A DNA stretch of 64,000 bases from an uncultured Gammaproteobacteria bacterium (GTDB lineage Bacteria > Pseudomonadota > Gammaproteobacteria > Competibacterales > JAHEDQ01): NCBI GenBank assembly GCA_963783675.1, contig CAWAOU010000027.1, positions 13,221-77,220 on the forward strand. The letters run 5' to 3'. Within the stretch, counting starts at the first letter, position 1; each line of letters begins with the position of its first letter. The position numbers and the translations under genes are program-made. A model generated the notes under the pieces. The model did no database searches and had not been told where the DNA came from. It saw nothing but the letters and a program-made list of their open reading frames with translations. Positions 1 through 8,853 of this stretch are shown one piece after another.

Positions 1-144
1 TACACAAAGGGCTCGGCGCGAACAATGTCAAGCACATGCGCCCGGCAAAGCCATTCGGCGCCTTTGCATTATACGCGACCCTGACCGTATCCGGCGACGC
101 ACCTGAGGCCTTTACCCTTAAAGACATTCCAAGGCCGCAAGAAC

Positions 145-927
145 ATGACATCAGGTGCTGTACCGTCGATAGCCCTTATCCCATGCGCAGGGAAGGCCGT
201 TCGACTCGGCAAACTTGGCCGAAGTAAGGAACTCCTGCGGGTATCAGAGCTGCTGCCGGGACGGCCGGATGCGCCTGGCATCGATACCTTGCTCGATCTC
301 ACTCTTCAGAATTGCTCACGAGTGGGCGTCCGCCGGGCAGTGGTTCCAATTCGCAGCCAAAAACAGGACCTGTTAGATAACCTGGCTCATGACAGGCGCT
401 TGGATGTCTGTCTGAGCGTGGTATCGATCGAGCAGACGAATTCTGTCATAGAAACCGTGAGGGCAGCGCTTCCCTGCATTTCGGGCCAGCATACGCTGCT
501 GATGTTCCCAGACATACTGTTTCTTCCGATCGACGCACTCGCCCAAACCGTAGACGCTTACGCCAGCTCTGCCGCGGATGTGGTCCTGGGCTTGATCCCA
601 ACGGATCGACCGGCCAAATACGACATGGTTTCTCTGGGCCCGACGGGCAGAATTCTGGATATTCACATCAAGGATCCGGCGGCCGGCCACCTGCGGTTCG
701 GCTGGTCGTTTGCCATCTGGTCGCCCAGGTTTACCCAATACTTCGCAGCGCAGCTCAAGCGACACGGGACACCGGATCCCGAAAGCACGCATATCGGGCA
801 TCTGATAAGAGACGCCATGCAAGGGGGCATGGTGGTGGATGGCATCACATTTCCAGACGGAGTCCAGCTAGATCTGGGCACTTGGGATGATCTGAGGCGG
901 GCACCGGCGATGTTCTCCGGTGAATAA
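145..927 (+). CDS. sugar-phosphate nucleotidyltransferase (NTP_transferase family)
   Basis: 260-aa ORF. N-terminal LIPCAGKAVRLG...SKELLRV resembles the GxGxRL / PKxLLP signature of RmlA/GalU-type enzymes. Lies in a glycan-modification cluster. Confidence 0.6.
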   Translation: MTSGAVPSIALIPCAGKAVRLGKLGRSKELLRVSELLPGRPDAPGIDTLLDLTLQNCSRVGVRRAVVPIRSQKQDLLDNLAHDRRLDVCLSVVSIEQTNSVIETVRAALPCISGQHTLLMFPDILFLPIDALAQTVDAYASSAADVVLGLIPTDRPAKYDMVSLGPTGRILDIHIKDPAAGHLRFGWSFAIWSPRFTQYFAAQLKRHGTPDPESTHIGHLIRDAMQGGMVVDGITFPDGVQLDLGTWDDLRRAPAMFSGE

Positions 928-949
928 TATCGGTCGATTGCTCTCTCTG

Positions 950-2125
950 TCAGACCTGCACGGGCAGAAGTACGTCATCCACAAAATCGGCAAATGCCTG
1001 AGCGAACGCCGGCCGGGTATGATGATTTCGGGCCTGCTCCCAGGCAGATCGGGCAAGCCCTTCCAACTCATCCGCCGGCCGATGCGCAAGGTCGCGAACA
1101 ACGGCTTGAACACGCTCGACACTACAATTGTCGAGCACAACGCCGCCGGCGCCGAGATCCACGCTGGCTTCACGGGGCAAAACGGGTATGGTTGCCGCGT
1201 GCATGCAGGAGATCGCGCTGCCCCCACCACCCTCGGCGCAGGTGGGATAGATCAAGCCAAGCGTATTCCGCATCAATCCGTGGAAAGACTCGCTTTCCAC
1301 ATCGATCCAGCCATATGCGTGAATATTGGGCGTGTCATACAGTTCTCGCCGATAGGCTGAGCAGAACTCTGGTTCCTGATCCAGCGGGCCGCATACGGTC
1401 AGGTGATGATCCGGCAAGCCGGCAAAGGCATCGAGCACCAGGTCCAAACCCTTGTGCACAAATCCGGCACTGCCAAACCAGACAAATCGGTTGCGACAAA
1501 CATCAAAGTCTTTCCCCGTCGGCCAGTCATACACCGCCGGCGCGGAAATCGGGATTCTGTAAAGCGGCTTCCCGGCGTAGCGGTAGGTCTCCAGTGTGTA
1601 ATCATTGCCGAGCACAGTGCCAAGATCCGCGCACTCGATGGCGAGATTCGACTCCACAAGTTTTGGATCGGTCAGGCTTACCTGCTTTCGCAGCTGCAAC
1701 CCCAGGAGCCTGTCGTAGGCCGCCGCGTTGTTCACGATCCAGTGGGCCGTGTCCAGATGGGCGACCTTGACGCAGTCCGAGGGCAGGTATTGCGAAAGTC
1801 GCTGCAGGTCGGTGCGTGCAGCCACTAGAAACCGGTAGGGCTGTTGCGGCACGAACCTGTGATTGAGGTAGCTTACAACATCGACGCAATAGCCCCTGTC
1901 CAGGAAGGTCTGTGCAATCTGCAAAGACTCCCAGTGATGAGTATGGGCATTCGAGGCGCCTTCACCAGGACTTGCCAGAAACGGGTCTATGACATAGGAC
2001 AACAAAACCCTTCCGACTTCCCGCCCATCCGGTGACAGTGACACGACACGCCGATGTGGCGATCGGTCGTCTTGGGCCGACAGACCGCGCCGAAACGCCC
2101 GCCGAAATTGTCTCAACACGCCCAT
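950..2125 (-). CDS. glycosyltransferase (GT-B fold, family 1/4-like)
   Basis: 391-aa ORF. C-terminal half (FVWFGSAGFVHKGLDLVLDAF...PTCAEGGGGS) resembles the GT1/GT4 donor-binding domain. Confidence 0.7.
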   Translation of the reverse strand: MGVLRQFRRAFRRGLSAQDDRSPHRRVVSLSPDGREVGRVLLSYVIDPFLASPGEGASNAHTHHWESLQIAQTFLDRGYCVDVVSYLNHRFVPQQPYRFLVAARTDLQRLSQYLPSDCVKVAHLDTAHWIVNNAAAYDRLLGLQLRKQVSLTDPKLVESNLAIECADLGTVLGNDYTLETYRYAGKPLYRIPISAPAVYDWPTGKDFDVCRNRFVWFGSAGFVHKGLDLVLDAFAGLPDHHLTVCGPLDQEPEFCSAYRRELYDTPNIHAYGWIDVESESFHGLMRNTLGLIYPTCAEGGGGSAISCMHAATIPVLPREASVDLGAGGVVLDNCSVERVQAVVRDLAHRPADELEGLARSAWEQARNHHTRPAFAQAFADFVDDVLLPVQV

Positions 2126-2145
2126 CTACGGACCACACCTTCCAT

Positions 2146-3027
2146 TCAGCGGCGCCTGCCCAATCGGGCCCAAATGCTGCGCAGCCGCGTTTTCCCGCCG
2201 TCTGGCCGGCGAAAATCGACTCGAAGGGCTTGGACCGGGAAATTGCCTCCTCTGCCAGCAACGGCGACGTTGGTTTGAATCGGCCCATCCCGCAGCAGGG
2301 TCTCAGTCTCCGGCCACCGATAGTCCTTGTACCAGGTCCAGCAACGATTCTGCTGATATAGCCGCCCGAGAGCGCCTGCCAGGGTCGCGTTGGTGTTCAG
2401 GGTCCGGTATCGATGATCGAATCCCTCCAAATGCATCATCATCAGCGGCCACGAACGATTGCTTGCATAGTTGGAGTACCAGAGCTCGAATCCGTACCTG
2501 GACTGCAGCGCTTTCACCGCCCGGTAGACCTGGACGTGATCCTCGTGACCGTATTCGCCCCAGGGATTGTGGGTGAGCACGACCGGCGCGGTGCTCAGTA
2601 TGGGATCAAGCCGGTGGATCAGGGTTTCGAAGGTGGCTTCATAAGTCCTCCGAACCGAATTGGGTGCCCTCAACTGTAGGCCGTACCGGGTGGGCTCAGG
2701 ATTGCTCCAATCGGCAAAATCAAACGATCCACTTTCGGCCACGTCCAGAGTCTGCGCCGTCGTCAACGGGTATTGGGCGATTGCTGCCGTTCGACCTGCG
2801 CCCAGTTCCGGCACTGCCGGGTAGTCATTGAAGCAAAATATCACCTTATGTACGGCGGCCAGAGCGGAACTCAGCCACAACACCTCATCGTCGGGGTGGG
2901 CAACCACCATCACAGCCCGGGACAACCACGCAGTGGCGTCGTCCGCCTCGGCCGGACCGTTCCCGCCCGCCAATTCGATGTTCTCGCGATTCAAATCAAC
3001 CTGGGTGGCGTTCAATTCAGCTCTCAC
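2146..3027 (-). CDS. PIG-L/LmbE family deacetylase
   Basis: VVAHPDDEVLW and GHEDH motifs typical of LmbE/PIG-L zinc deacetylases. The maximal ORF runs to 3216 but would overlap the upstream sulfotransferase by 200 nt. A GTG at 3027 overlapping that gene's stop (GTGAGAGCTGA) is my preferred start; the start is uncertain. Confidence 0.6.
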   Translation of the reverse strand: MRAELNATQVDLNRENIELAGGNGPAEADDATAWLSRAVMVVAHPDDEVLWLSSALAAVHKVIFCFNDYPAVPELGAGRTAAIAQYPLTTAQTLDVAESGSFDFADWSNPEPTRYGLQLRAPNSVRRTYEATFETLIHRLDPILSTAPVVLTHNPWGEYGHEDHVQVYRAVKALQSRYGFELWYSNYASNRSWPLMMMHLEGFDHRYRTLNTNATLAGALGRLYQQNRCWTWYKDYRWPETETLLRDGPIQTNVAVAGRGGNFPVQALRVDFRRPDGGKTRLRSIWARLGRRR

Positions 3028-4105
3028 GGATTGGGCGTAGCTGATCGCGCAGGCTATTTTTGGCCATGCGCAGGGCGCGCCGCAGCCCCCTGATTTCCCC
3101 TCGGACGCTGCCAAACATGCGCCAAGAATAGTAGCGTTCCGCCTGTACCCGTTCCCAATACGACCATTCTGAGCGATCCCTGATTGCCGTTCGCCATGGG
3201 AAAATGCGCGAACCACCCCTCATGCTGCGGTTGCGCTGGCTGAACTCTTGGATCAGCGACTCATAGGGGTAGCCGAACGCATTCAATGTATCGGGACCCA
3301 GATCCCGCAAATAGGCCTCGGCAAAGTGGCATGCCTGAGGATCGTCGAGCATCCACCGCCACTTTTCGACGCTGGATTGGCTTGGCGCCTGATGCTTGTG
3401 TATGCCAACAGGGTCATTCATGCGTCCAGTCGGTGCAGGCGTCTTGGCATAATCCAGCATAGCCGGCAGAAAACTCAGGCCCAGGCGATCACACAGCGAC
3501 CTGAGTTCGGATTCCGGATTGGTGACAAAGGACTCGTAGCGGACGGGGATCGCCGCATCATCTAGTTCGGACATTCCGGCCAACAAGAGATCCGGTGCCT
3601 GCCTTAAGTCCGGTTCGAACCGGGACAAAATTTCCCACCTGTCTTTGACGTAGGTCCTGAGTTCCGAGGCCAATACGGCCAGCGGGTTGCGAAGCAAAAA
3701 GACAAACTTCGCCTCAGGCAGTACCCGGGCCAGTTCGGGAACGATGAAAAAATATCGGGGCGTCTTGTCAATAAAATGCACCTTGCCAGAGCGATGCAAG
3801 GCGTTGCCATAAATCTCGCCCGCCCAGTTGCGCAGCGCACGGATGTAGACCTCATCACCGTCCGTGTAGTGGGTCAGGAAATCCTGTACACCGCGCCGGG
3901 CCCAACGATGATTGAACTCGGACTTGATGCCCGACTCTTTGAGCGCGTAGAGTGGATGCAACATCAGCCAGGTCTCGGCCGACGTCTGTACCGTAGGATG
4001 CCCAGCCAGAACGCGCTGCAAAAGGGTCGAGCCCGACCGCGGTTGCGAGATGATGAAAATGAGTCCCTGGCCGAGAAACTGGTCACTCATGCGCGTTTGG
4101 CCCAC
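3017..4105 (-). CDS. sulfotransferase family protein
   Basis: 362-aa ORF with IISQPRSGSTLLQRVL (PAPS 5'-phosphosulfate-binding loop, PxxGS/TT type). An alternative ATG start is at 4090. Confidence 0.75.
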   Translation of the reverse strand: MGQTRMSDQFLGQGLIFIISQPRSGSTLLQRVLAGHPTVQTSAETWLMLHPLYALKESGIKSEFNHRWARRGVQDFLTHYTDGDEVYIRALRNWAGEIYGNALHRSGKVHFIDKTPRYFFIVPELARVLPEAKFVFLLRNPLAVLASELRTYVKDRWEILSRFEPDLRQAPDLLLAGMSELDDAAIPVRYESFVTNPESELRSLCDRLGLSFLPAMLDYAKTPAPTGRMNDPVGIHKHQAPSQSSVEKWRWMLDDPQACHFAEAYLRDLGPDTLNAFGYPYESLIQEFSQRNRSMRGGSRIFPWRTAIRDRSEWSYWERVQAERYYSWRMFGSVRGEIRGLRRALRMAKNSLRDQLRPIRES

Positions 4106-4313
4106 TCCAAATGGTTAAAGTCAGTCATCGCATCGCACGGGCTCAACCCAGCCGGACAAAAAGTCGCCAACACCTGCGCTCCAAACCCAGACTGCGGAGT
4201 TCATCCCGCGCAACTGCAGTCAGCAATTTTCGAGCCCGCCCGGCTCGGTGCGGAACTTGCTTCAGTCTCGCCAGGCAAAGGATTGAAACAACAAAGCTGG
4301 GGCATCCTAAACC

Positions 4314-5252
4314 ATGACCAAGACCCTGTGGCAAACTTTGGACCGCAAACTGCGTCGCCGAAGTCACCATTACTTCAAATGGTCAGCAAACCGTGCCTAC
4401 CGTACCCGACGCGAGGCCCACCTAGAGCCCCTGATCATCTATCAAATGGGTAAAGTGGGTTCCTCCACGCTCATGCGCACCTTCGAAGCGCTGGACCACC
4501 CCTACGAATTGTTTCAGGTGCATGCCTTGACCTGGCCCTGGATTCGAAAAATCGAAGAGCAGTATCGTCATGCCTCAAGCGTCAGAGGCCGCCCGATTCT
4601 AGATGAACACATACTGGCCAGCCGGTACCTTCGCCAACTCATGGACAGGTCCAAACCAGGCGCTCGCTGGAAGATCATTACGCTGGTTCGCGACCCTATC
4701 GCACGGAACATCTCGACGTTTTTCCAGGGGTTCCCCATCTACTTCCCGCATCTGCGCGGCCTGATCGAGGACAGCGGCGATATGGAGACGCGGCTCAACC
4801 GCGTCATCGACGTTTTTCTCAATCAGTACGCGGAACACGATTCACCCTTGATCTGGTATGACGAGCACTTCAAGCCCGTGTTCGACGTGGACGTGTTCGA
4901 CACGCCTTTTGACACAAGCAAGGGTTATCAAGTTTATCGCACTGATCGCGCGGATGTACTGCTGATGCGCCTGGAAGATCTCGATCGCATCTTTCCCCAA
5001 GCCATTCATGAGTTTGCCGGGCTGCGCGTCAACGATATCAAGTCAGCGAACATTTCCTCGCAGAAACCCTATTCCAGCACCTATGGGGCTTTCAAAAAGC
5101 GCATCGAGCTACCGATCGCCTATGTGGAACGCAGCTATGGATCTCGTTTCGCAAGACACTTCTACTCACCGACCGAACTCGCCGACTTCAGCGCCCGCTG
5201 GTGCGCAAGTTATCGTCACCAAGGTGCGATCCGAATGGCGACTCAACGCTAG
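4314..5252 (+). CDS. sulfotransferase-fold protein (capsular-polysaccharide-synthesis-like)
   Basis: 312-aa ORF with IIYQMGKVGSSTLMRTF, a P-loop-like PAPS-binding motif, followed by an RDP...NxS segment. Confidence 0.5.
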   Translation: MTKTLWQTLDRKLRRRSHHYFKWSANRAYRTRREAHLEPLIIYQMGKVGSSTLMRTFEALDHPYELFQVHALTWPWIRKIEEQYRHASSVRGRPILDEHILASRYLRQLMDRSKPGARWKIITLVRDPIARNISTFFQGFPIYFPHLRGLIEDSGDMETRLNRVIDVFLNQYAEHDSPLIWYDEHFKPVFDVDVFDTPFDTSKGYQVYRTDRADVLLMRLEDLDRIFPQAIHEFAGLRVNDIKSANISSQKPYSSTYGAFKKRIELPIAYVERSYGSRFARHFYSPTELADFSARWCASYRHQGAIRMATQR

Positions 5253-5375
5253 CGCGGTGTCGAAGGGGTAGGTATCGCGAGTGATTAGCGTCACCTAACC
5301 AGTGTCCCGCGGTCCAGCCCATGCCCCAGTCAATTGTTCAGCTCTTGCCTGAGACCAAGCAACACCAGTTGCCCG

Positions 5376-5419
5376 TTTCGGCCTCTAATCTGCTTCGTCC
5401 GGAGTAACTCAGAGGCTCC
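5376..5419. repeat. partial copy (one-end module) of the dispersed structured repeat family
   Basis: tttcggcctctaatctgcttcgtccggagtaactcagaggctcc aligns with the end of the copy at 15812-15969 (tttcacccttcgatctgcttcatccagaacagatcagaggctcc). Confidence 0.4.
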
Positions 5420-5615
5420 TGAACACCCCTTCGAACTTGTCCACCTGCGCCTACGTGGCGACGGTGGCATTGGCCGGGAACGGACGACGTCCGCAGCATA
5501 GAACGGCAGCGTCCCCACGTCCGCCCAGAAAATGCTTTGAAATTCCAGTCTGAATCGGGTATCTACTGCGCCGACTCCAAATTCGCCACACACAACATGA
5601 CCTTTTGGGGGTTTT

Positions 5616-6200
5616 GTGCAAGACCTGCCCACCGAACGGCCCGCGGCTGACTCGGTGGACCTGGGGCGCCGCCGGGCGCTCAAGGCCGCCATCTGCCTGG
5701 GCACGATTGCGATCGCACCTGTTTCGATCGCCTCAACAACCACGACCTTATCAGCTCGAAACCTGGCCCTGGTGAATATGCACACCGGGGAGAGCCTGGA
5801 AATCACCTACTTCGACGGGGATGACTATATCCCGGCCGCGCTAAGACGCGTAAACGAACTCATGCGCGACCATCGGGCCGAGCAAGTACACAACATGTCA
5901 ACCGTGCTGCTGGACGCGCTCCACGATCTTCGCACCAACATCGGCGCGGACCAGCCGTTTCAACTCCTGTCTGGTTACCGTTCGCCGCAGACCAATGCCA
6001 TGCTCCGGTCAAAGCGCGCTGGAGTGGCCAAACGCAGCTATCACATGCAAGGACTGGCCGCGGACATTCGGCTGCAGGGATTCAAACTGAGTGCGGTGCG
6101 CAAACAGGCGCTGGCATTGAAGGCCGGCGGGGTGGGCTACTACCCGAAGTCCGGCTTTATTCATGTGGATGTTGGGCCGGTGCGGGCCTGGCGGGGCTGA
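5616..6200 (+). CDS. YcbK/DUF882 family peptidase M15A-like protein with Tat signal
   Basis: N-terminal GRRRALKAAICLG twin-arginine signal. SYHMQGLAADIRL and GGVGYYPKSGFIHVDVGPVRAW are typical of the YcbK family. Confidence 0.8.
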   Translation: MQDLPTERPAADSVDLGRRRALKAAICLGTIAIAPVSIASTTTTLSARNLALVNMHTGESLEITYFDGDDYIPAALRRVNELMRDHRAEQVHNMSTVLLDALHDLRTNIGADQPFQLLSGYRSPQTNAMLRSKRAGVAKRSYHMQGLAADIRLQGFKLSAVRKQALALKAGGVGYYPKSGFIHVDVGPVRAWRG

Positions 6201-6235
6201 AACCCGGGTCAGCGAACCTCTTCGCTATGCCAATA

Positions 6236-6508
6236 CCTAGTGTCCCGTCCCATAAGTTCGTAGCGTTTCAGAGCGCCCCAGATACACCAATGCAAGGCGC
6301 AGGTGCGAAGGCATAGCCAGCTCTGTCAAGCAGCTGCAACGCCGCAGTGGCGTATCTGGGGCGCTCCCGACGGGCAAGGCGATAAGCGCCCATTCGCGGT
6401 GTTGGGCGCGCTTGAATGAGCGCAGGCTAGTCCTGCGCCCGCCCGCCTAGCGCCTGGGCGCTTCTCGCCTTGCTGATATGCAACGAACTTGTGGGACGGG
6501 ACACTAGG
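6236..6508. repeat. 273-bp MITE-like / highly structured element with 25-bp terminal inverted repeats
   Basis: cctagtgtcccgtcccataagttcg (6236-6260) is the reverse complement of cgaacttgtgggacgggacactagg (6484-6508) with 1 mismatch. There is an internal perfect 15-bp inverted repeat (6271-6285 / 6352-6366) and further 7-bp hairpins. No ORF. Confidence 0.65.
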
Positions 6509-6517
6509 GACACTCGC

Positions 6518-7180
6518 TCAAAAGCTCCAGAGCGGTTTGCGCGTCGACAAACTGGACGCGCAGGCTTGCAGTTGTGAGCGGTAGTCGTTGGACCGATTCT
6601 GGACTCTGCGCGCGGCCTGAAGCAGCCATTGCTTGTTGCGGTAGGTCCTACGCTCGTAGCCGCCGTGCCCTTCGTGGAATGCCAGATACTGGTTGTAGGC
6701 ATCGGATTTTGAGATGCCCAATCGTCGATTGCTTTGATGCCCATACCAACCAATGAAATCCACCGCATCGTCAAAGTCGTCCCGATCTGCGCCACTGTTT
6801 CCTGTGCTCTCTATGTACCATTCCCAGGTTCCGTCAATTGCCTGGGCATATCCGTAGGCCGAAGACGGTCGTTTCCACGGAATCACCCACAACAGTTTGC
6901 GCCGCTCCGGGCGCGCGTCGTCCTCGAACGAGGATTCCTGGTAGACAATGGCCATTTGCACATGGACCGGCACGCCCCATCGTTGTTGGCTGTCCAGCGC
7001 AGCGCGATACCAACCGGTTTTCTCCTCGAATATTGCACAACTGTTGTTGGGATTACGGGGCGGATTGCTGCCACAGGCGCTAAGCCACACAAGCGCGACC
7101 AACGATGCCGAAACCGCCAGGGCGATTTTCCCTGCACTCATTGGGCGCCAGCGCTTGGCTTTGTTTCCGTTTCGACGCAT
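6518..7180 (-). CDS. lytic transglycosylase-like lipoprotein
   Basis: Lipobox LVWLSAC. WGVPVHVQMAIVYQESSF resembles the SLT catalytic Glu-Ser motif. An alternative start is at 7141. Confidence 0.65.
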   Translation of the reverse strand: MRRNGNKAKRWRPMSAGKIALAVSASLVALVWLSACGSNPPRNPNNSCAIFEEKTGWYRAALDSQQRWGVPVHVQMAIVYQESSFEDDARPERRKLLWVIPWKRPSSAYGYAQAIDGTWEWYIESTGNSGADRDDFDDAVDFIGWYGHQSNRRLGISKSDAYNQYLAFHEGHGGYERRTYRNKQWLLQAARRVQNRSNDYRSQLQACASSLSTRKPLWSF

Positions 7181-7377
7181 GACCTCAGTCGGTTCCCCGG
7201 AGAAATTCAGTTGTTGACTGGGGGGCCATCATAGCAAGCAAGCAGCAAAGACCGAATCCATGACGACGGTTCGCGAAAGTCTGTTGTCAGCGGAAGCAAC
7301 CGGTTGCAGCTCGAACGTTAATCAGCACCCCACATGCGGTTGACGAACGCGACCTGAAAACATGCAAGAAGGGGCGG

Positions 7378-8799
7378 TCATCCACGGACACTTTGATACG
7401 CCTCCAACGCAGACTGCCGGCTCATTTTCAGATCCACCAGCGGTGGCGGGTATCCTGATGGCGGTGAACCGTGAACCCAGGGCGCATGGCAAACGGCCGG
7501 TGCCTGGTCAGCCAGTTCGGGGATCCACCGCCTGATGTACCGACCCTCGGGATCGAATCGTTCGGCCTGTGTCACGGGATTGAATATCCGGTAGTAGGGC
7601 GCGGCGTCGGCACCGGTTCCCGCCACCCACTGCCACCCCATGGTGTTGCTGGCCAAATCGGCATCCACCAGCGTATCCCAAAACCAGCGCGCGCCCGCGA
7701 CCCACGGCACCCTGAGATTCTTGGTGAGAAAGGACGCGACCAGCATGCGAACCCGGTTGTGCATCCAGCCCGTCGCCCATAACTCCCGCATCCCGGCATC
7801 GACGATCGGGATGCCTGTCCGCCCCTGCTGCCAAGCCTCCAAATCCAACTCATGACCTTCACGCCAGGGGAAATCGACAAAACGCGGGTTCAGGGGCTGA
7901 TCGGGTGTGTCCGGGTAGTGAAACAGGAGATGATGCGCAAACTCACGCCAGCCGATCTCCGACAAGTAGCGTTCCGCACCCCCATGCCCCGAATCGAAGT
8001 CCGCTTGGCGTTCCAGGGCGTCCCGCAGTGACCAGAGTACTTGCCGTGGGCTGATCTCACCGAAATGCAGGTACGGCGACAGTCGTGAGGTACCCGCGGT
8101 CGAAGGAATGTCACGGCCGATCTCGTAGCCAGCCAAGGCCTGAGACAGGAAATCAGCAAGGTGGGCCTGGGCACCGATCTCGCCCGGCGTCCACATGGGA
8201 CGAAAATCGCTGTGCCAAGGGATTTTGGGCTCAAGTCCCAGCGCCGCCAGCTCTGTCTCGCGCTCGGCTTCGACAGTGAAATCCGTAAGTCGGCCAGGTG
8301 GCGCATGTGGTGCTTGCTCGGGCAACCTCGTGCGACACCATCGCCAGAACGGCGTGAACACCCGGTAGGGCCCCCCCGCCTTCTTGGTTGGCTGCCAAGG
8401 CTCGAACAGTAGATTTCCCGGATGACTCTCCACCGCTACGCCCACGTCGGACAACCCTGTCTTGATCTTGGTGTCGCGTTGGATCGTGGCGGGTTCATAG
8501 AGCCGATTCCAGTGCACCTCGTCCACATGAAAACGGCGAACCATCGACATCAATGTCGCCTGGGTCGGACCCTGTGCTATCAGCAGGTTACCCCCAAGCC
8601 TTCTCAGGGCCGCCTGCAGCGCCGCAAGGCTGTGATGAAGCCACCAGCGACTGGCCGCACCGGGTTCCCAGGGTGACTCCTCAGACGGTGAGTGGATGTA
8701 CACCATGACGACCCGCTCACAGTTTTGCAGAGCTGCTTGAAGCGCAGGATTGTCCGCCAGTCGCAGATCGCGCCGAAACCAGACCAATGCCGTTTTCAT
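7378..8799 (-). CDS. phrB: deoxyribodipyrimidine (CPD) photolyase, class I
   Basis: 473 aa. LVWFRRDLRLADNPAL N-terminus and TGIPIVDAGMRELWATGWMHNRVRMLVASFLTKNL FAD-binding signature. Confidence 0.9.
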   Translation of the reverse strand: MKTALVWFRRDLRLADNPALQAALQNCERVVMVYIHSPSEESPWEPGAASRWWLHHSLAALQAALRRLGGNLLIAQGPTQATLMSMVRRFHVDEVHWNRLYEPATIQRDTKIKTGLSDVGVAVESHPGNLLFEPWQPTKKAGGPYRVFTPFWRWCRTRLPEQAPHAPPGRLTDFTVEAERETELAALGLEPKIPWHSDFRPMWTPGEIGAQAHLADFLSQALAGYEIGRDIPSTAGTSRLSPYLHFGEISPRQVLWSLRDALERQADFDSGHGGAERYLSEIGWREFAHHLLFHYPDTPDQPLNPRFVDFPWREGHELDLEAWQQGRTGIPIVDAGMRELWATGWMHNRVRMLVASFLTKNLRVPWVAGARWFWDTLVDADLASNTMGWQWVAGTGADAAPYYRIFNPVTQAERFDPEGRYIRRWIPELADQAPAVCHAPWVHGSPPSGYPPPLVDLKMSRQSALEAYQSVRG

Positions 8800-8853
8800 A
8801 ATTTCACAGCCCGGTCCTATGAAAATAACGAGAGCGGTCGATCATACATCGCG

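Noticed and set aside
1-227. Possible 3' end of an upstream plus-strand gene entering the window (frame 3, ...FALYATLTVSGDAPEAFTLKDI...)
   Set aside because: There is too little sequence to recognise a family, and its stop at 227 would overlap the nucleotidyltransferase start by about 80 nt. I left it uncalled.
2146-3216. Full 356-aa version of the PIG-L ORF overlapping the sulfotransferase gene by 200 nt
   Set aside because: The first about 65 residues lack protein-like character and the conserved domain starts later. A GTG overlapping the upstream stop gives a standard coupled arrangement.
6236-6508. Retron msr/msd-like ncRNA (flanking inverted repeats plus long internal hairpin)
   Set aside because: No reverse transcriptase or effector gene is adjacent. 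The flanking genes are ordinary convergent cell-wall genes. I kept it as a MITE-like / structured element instead.
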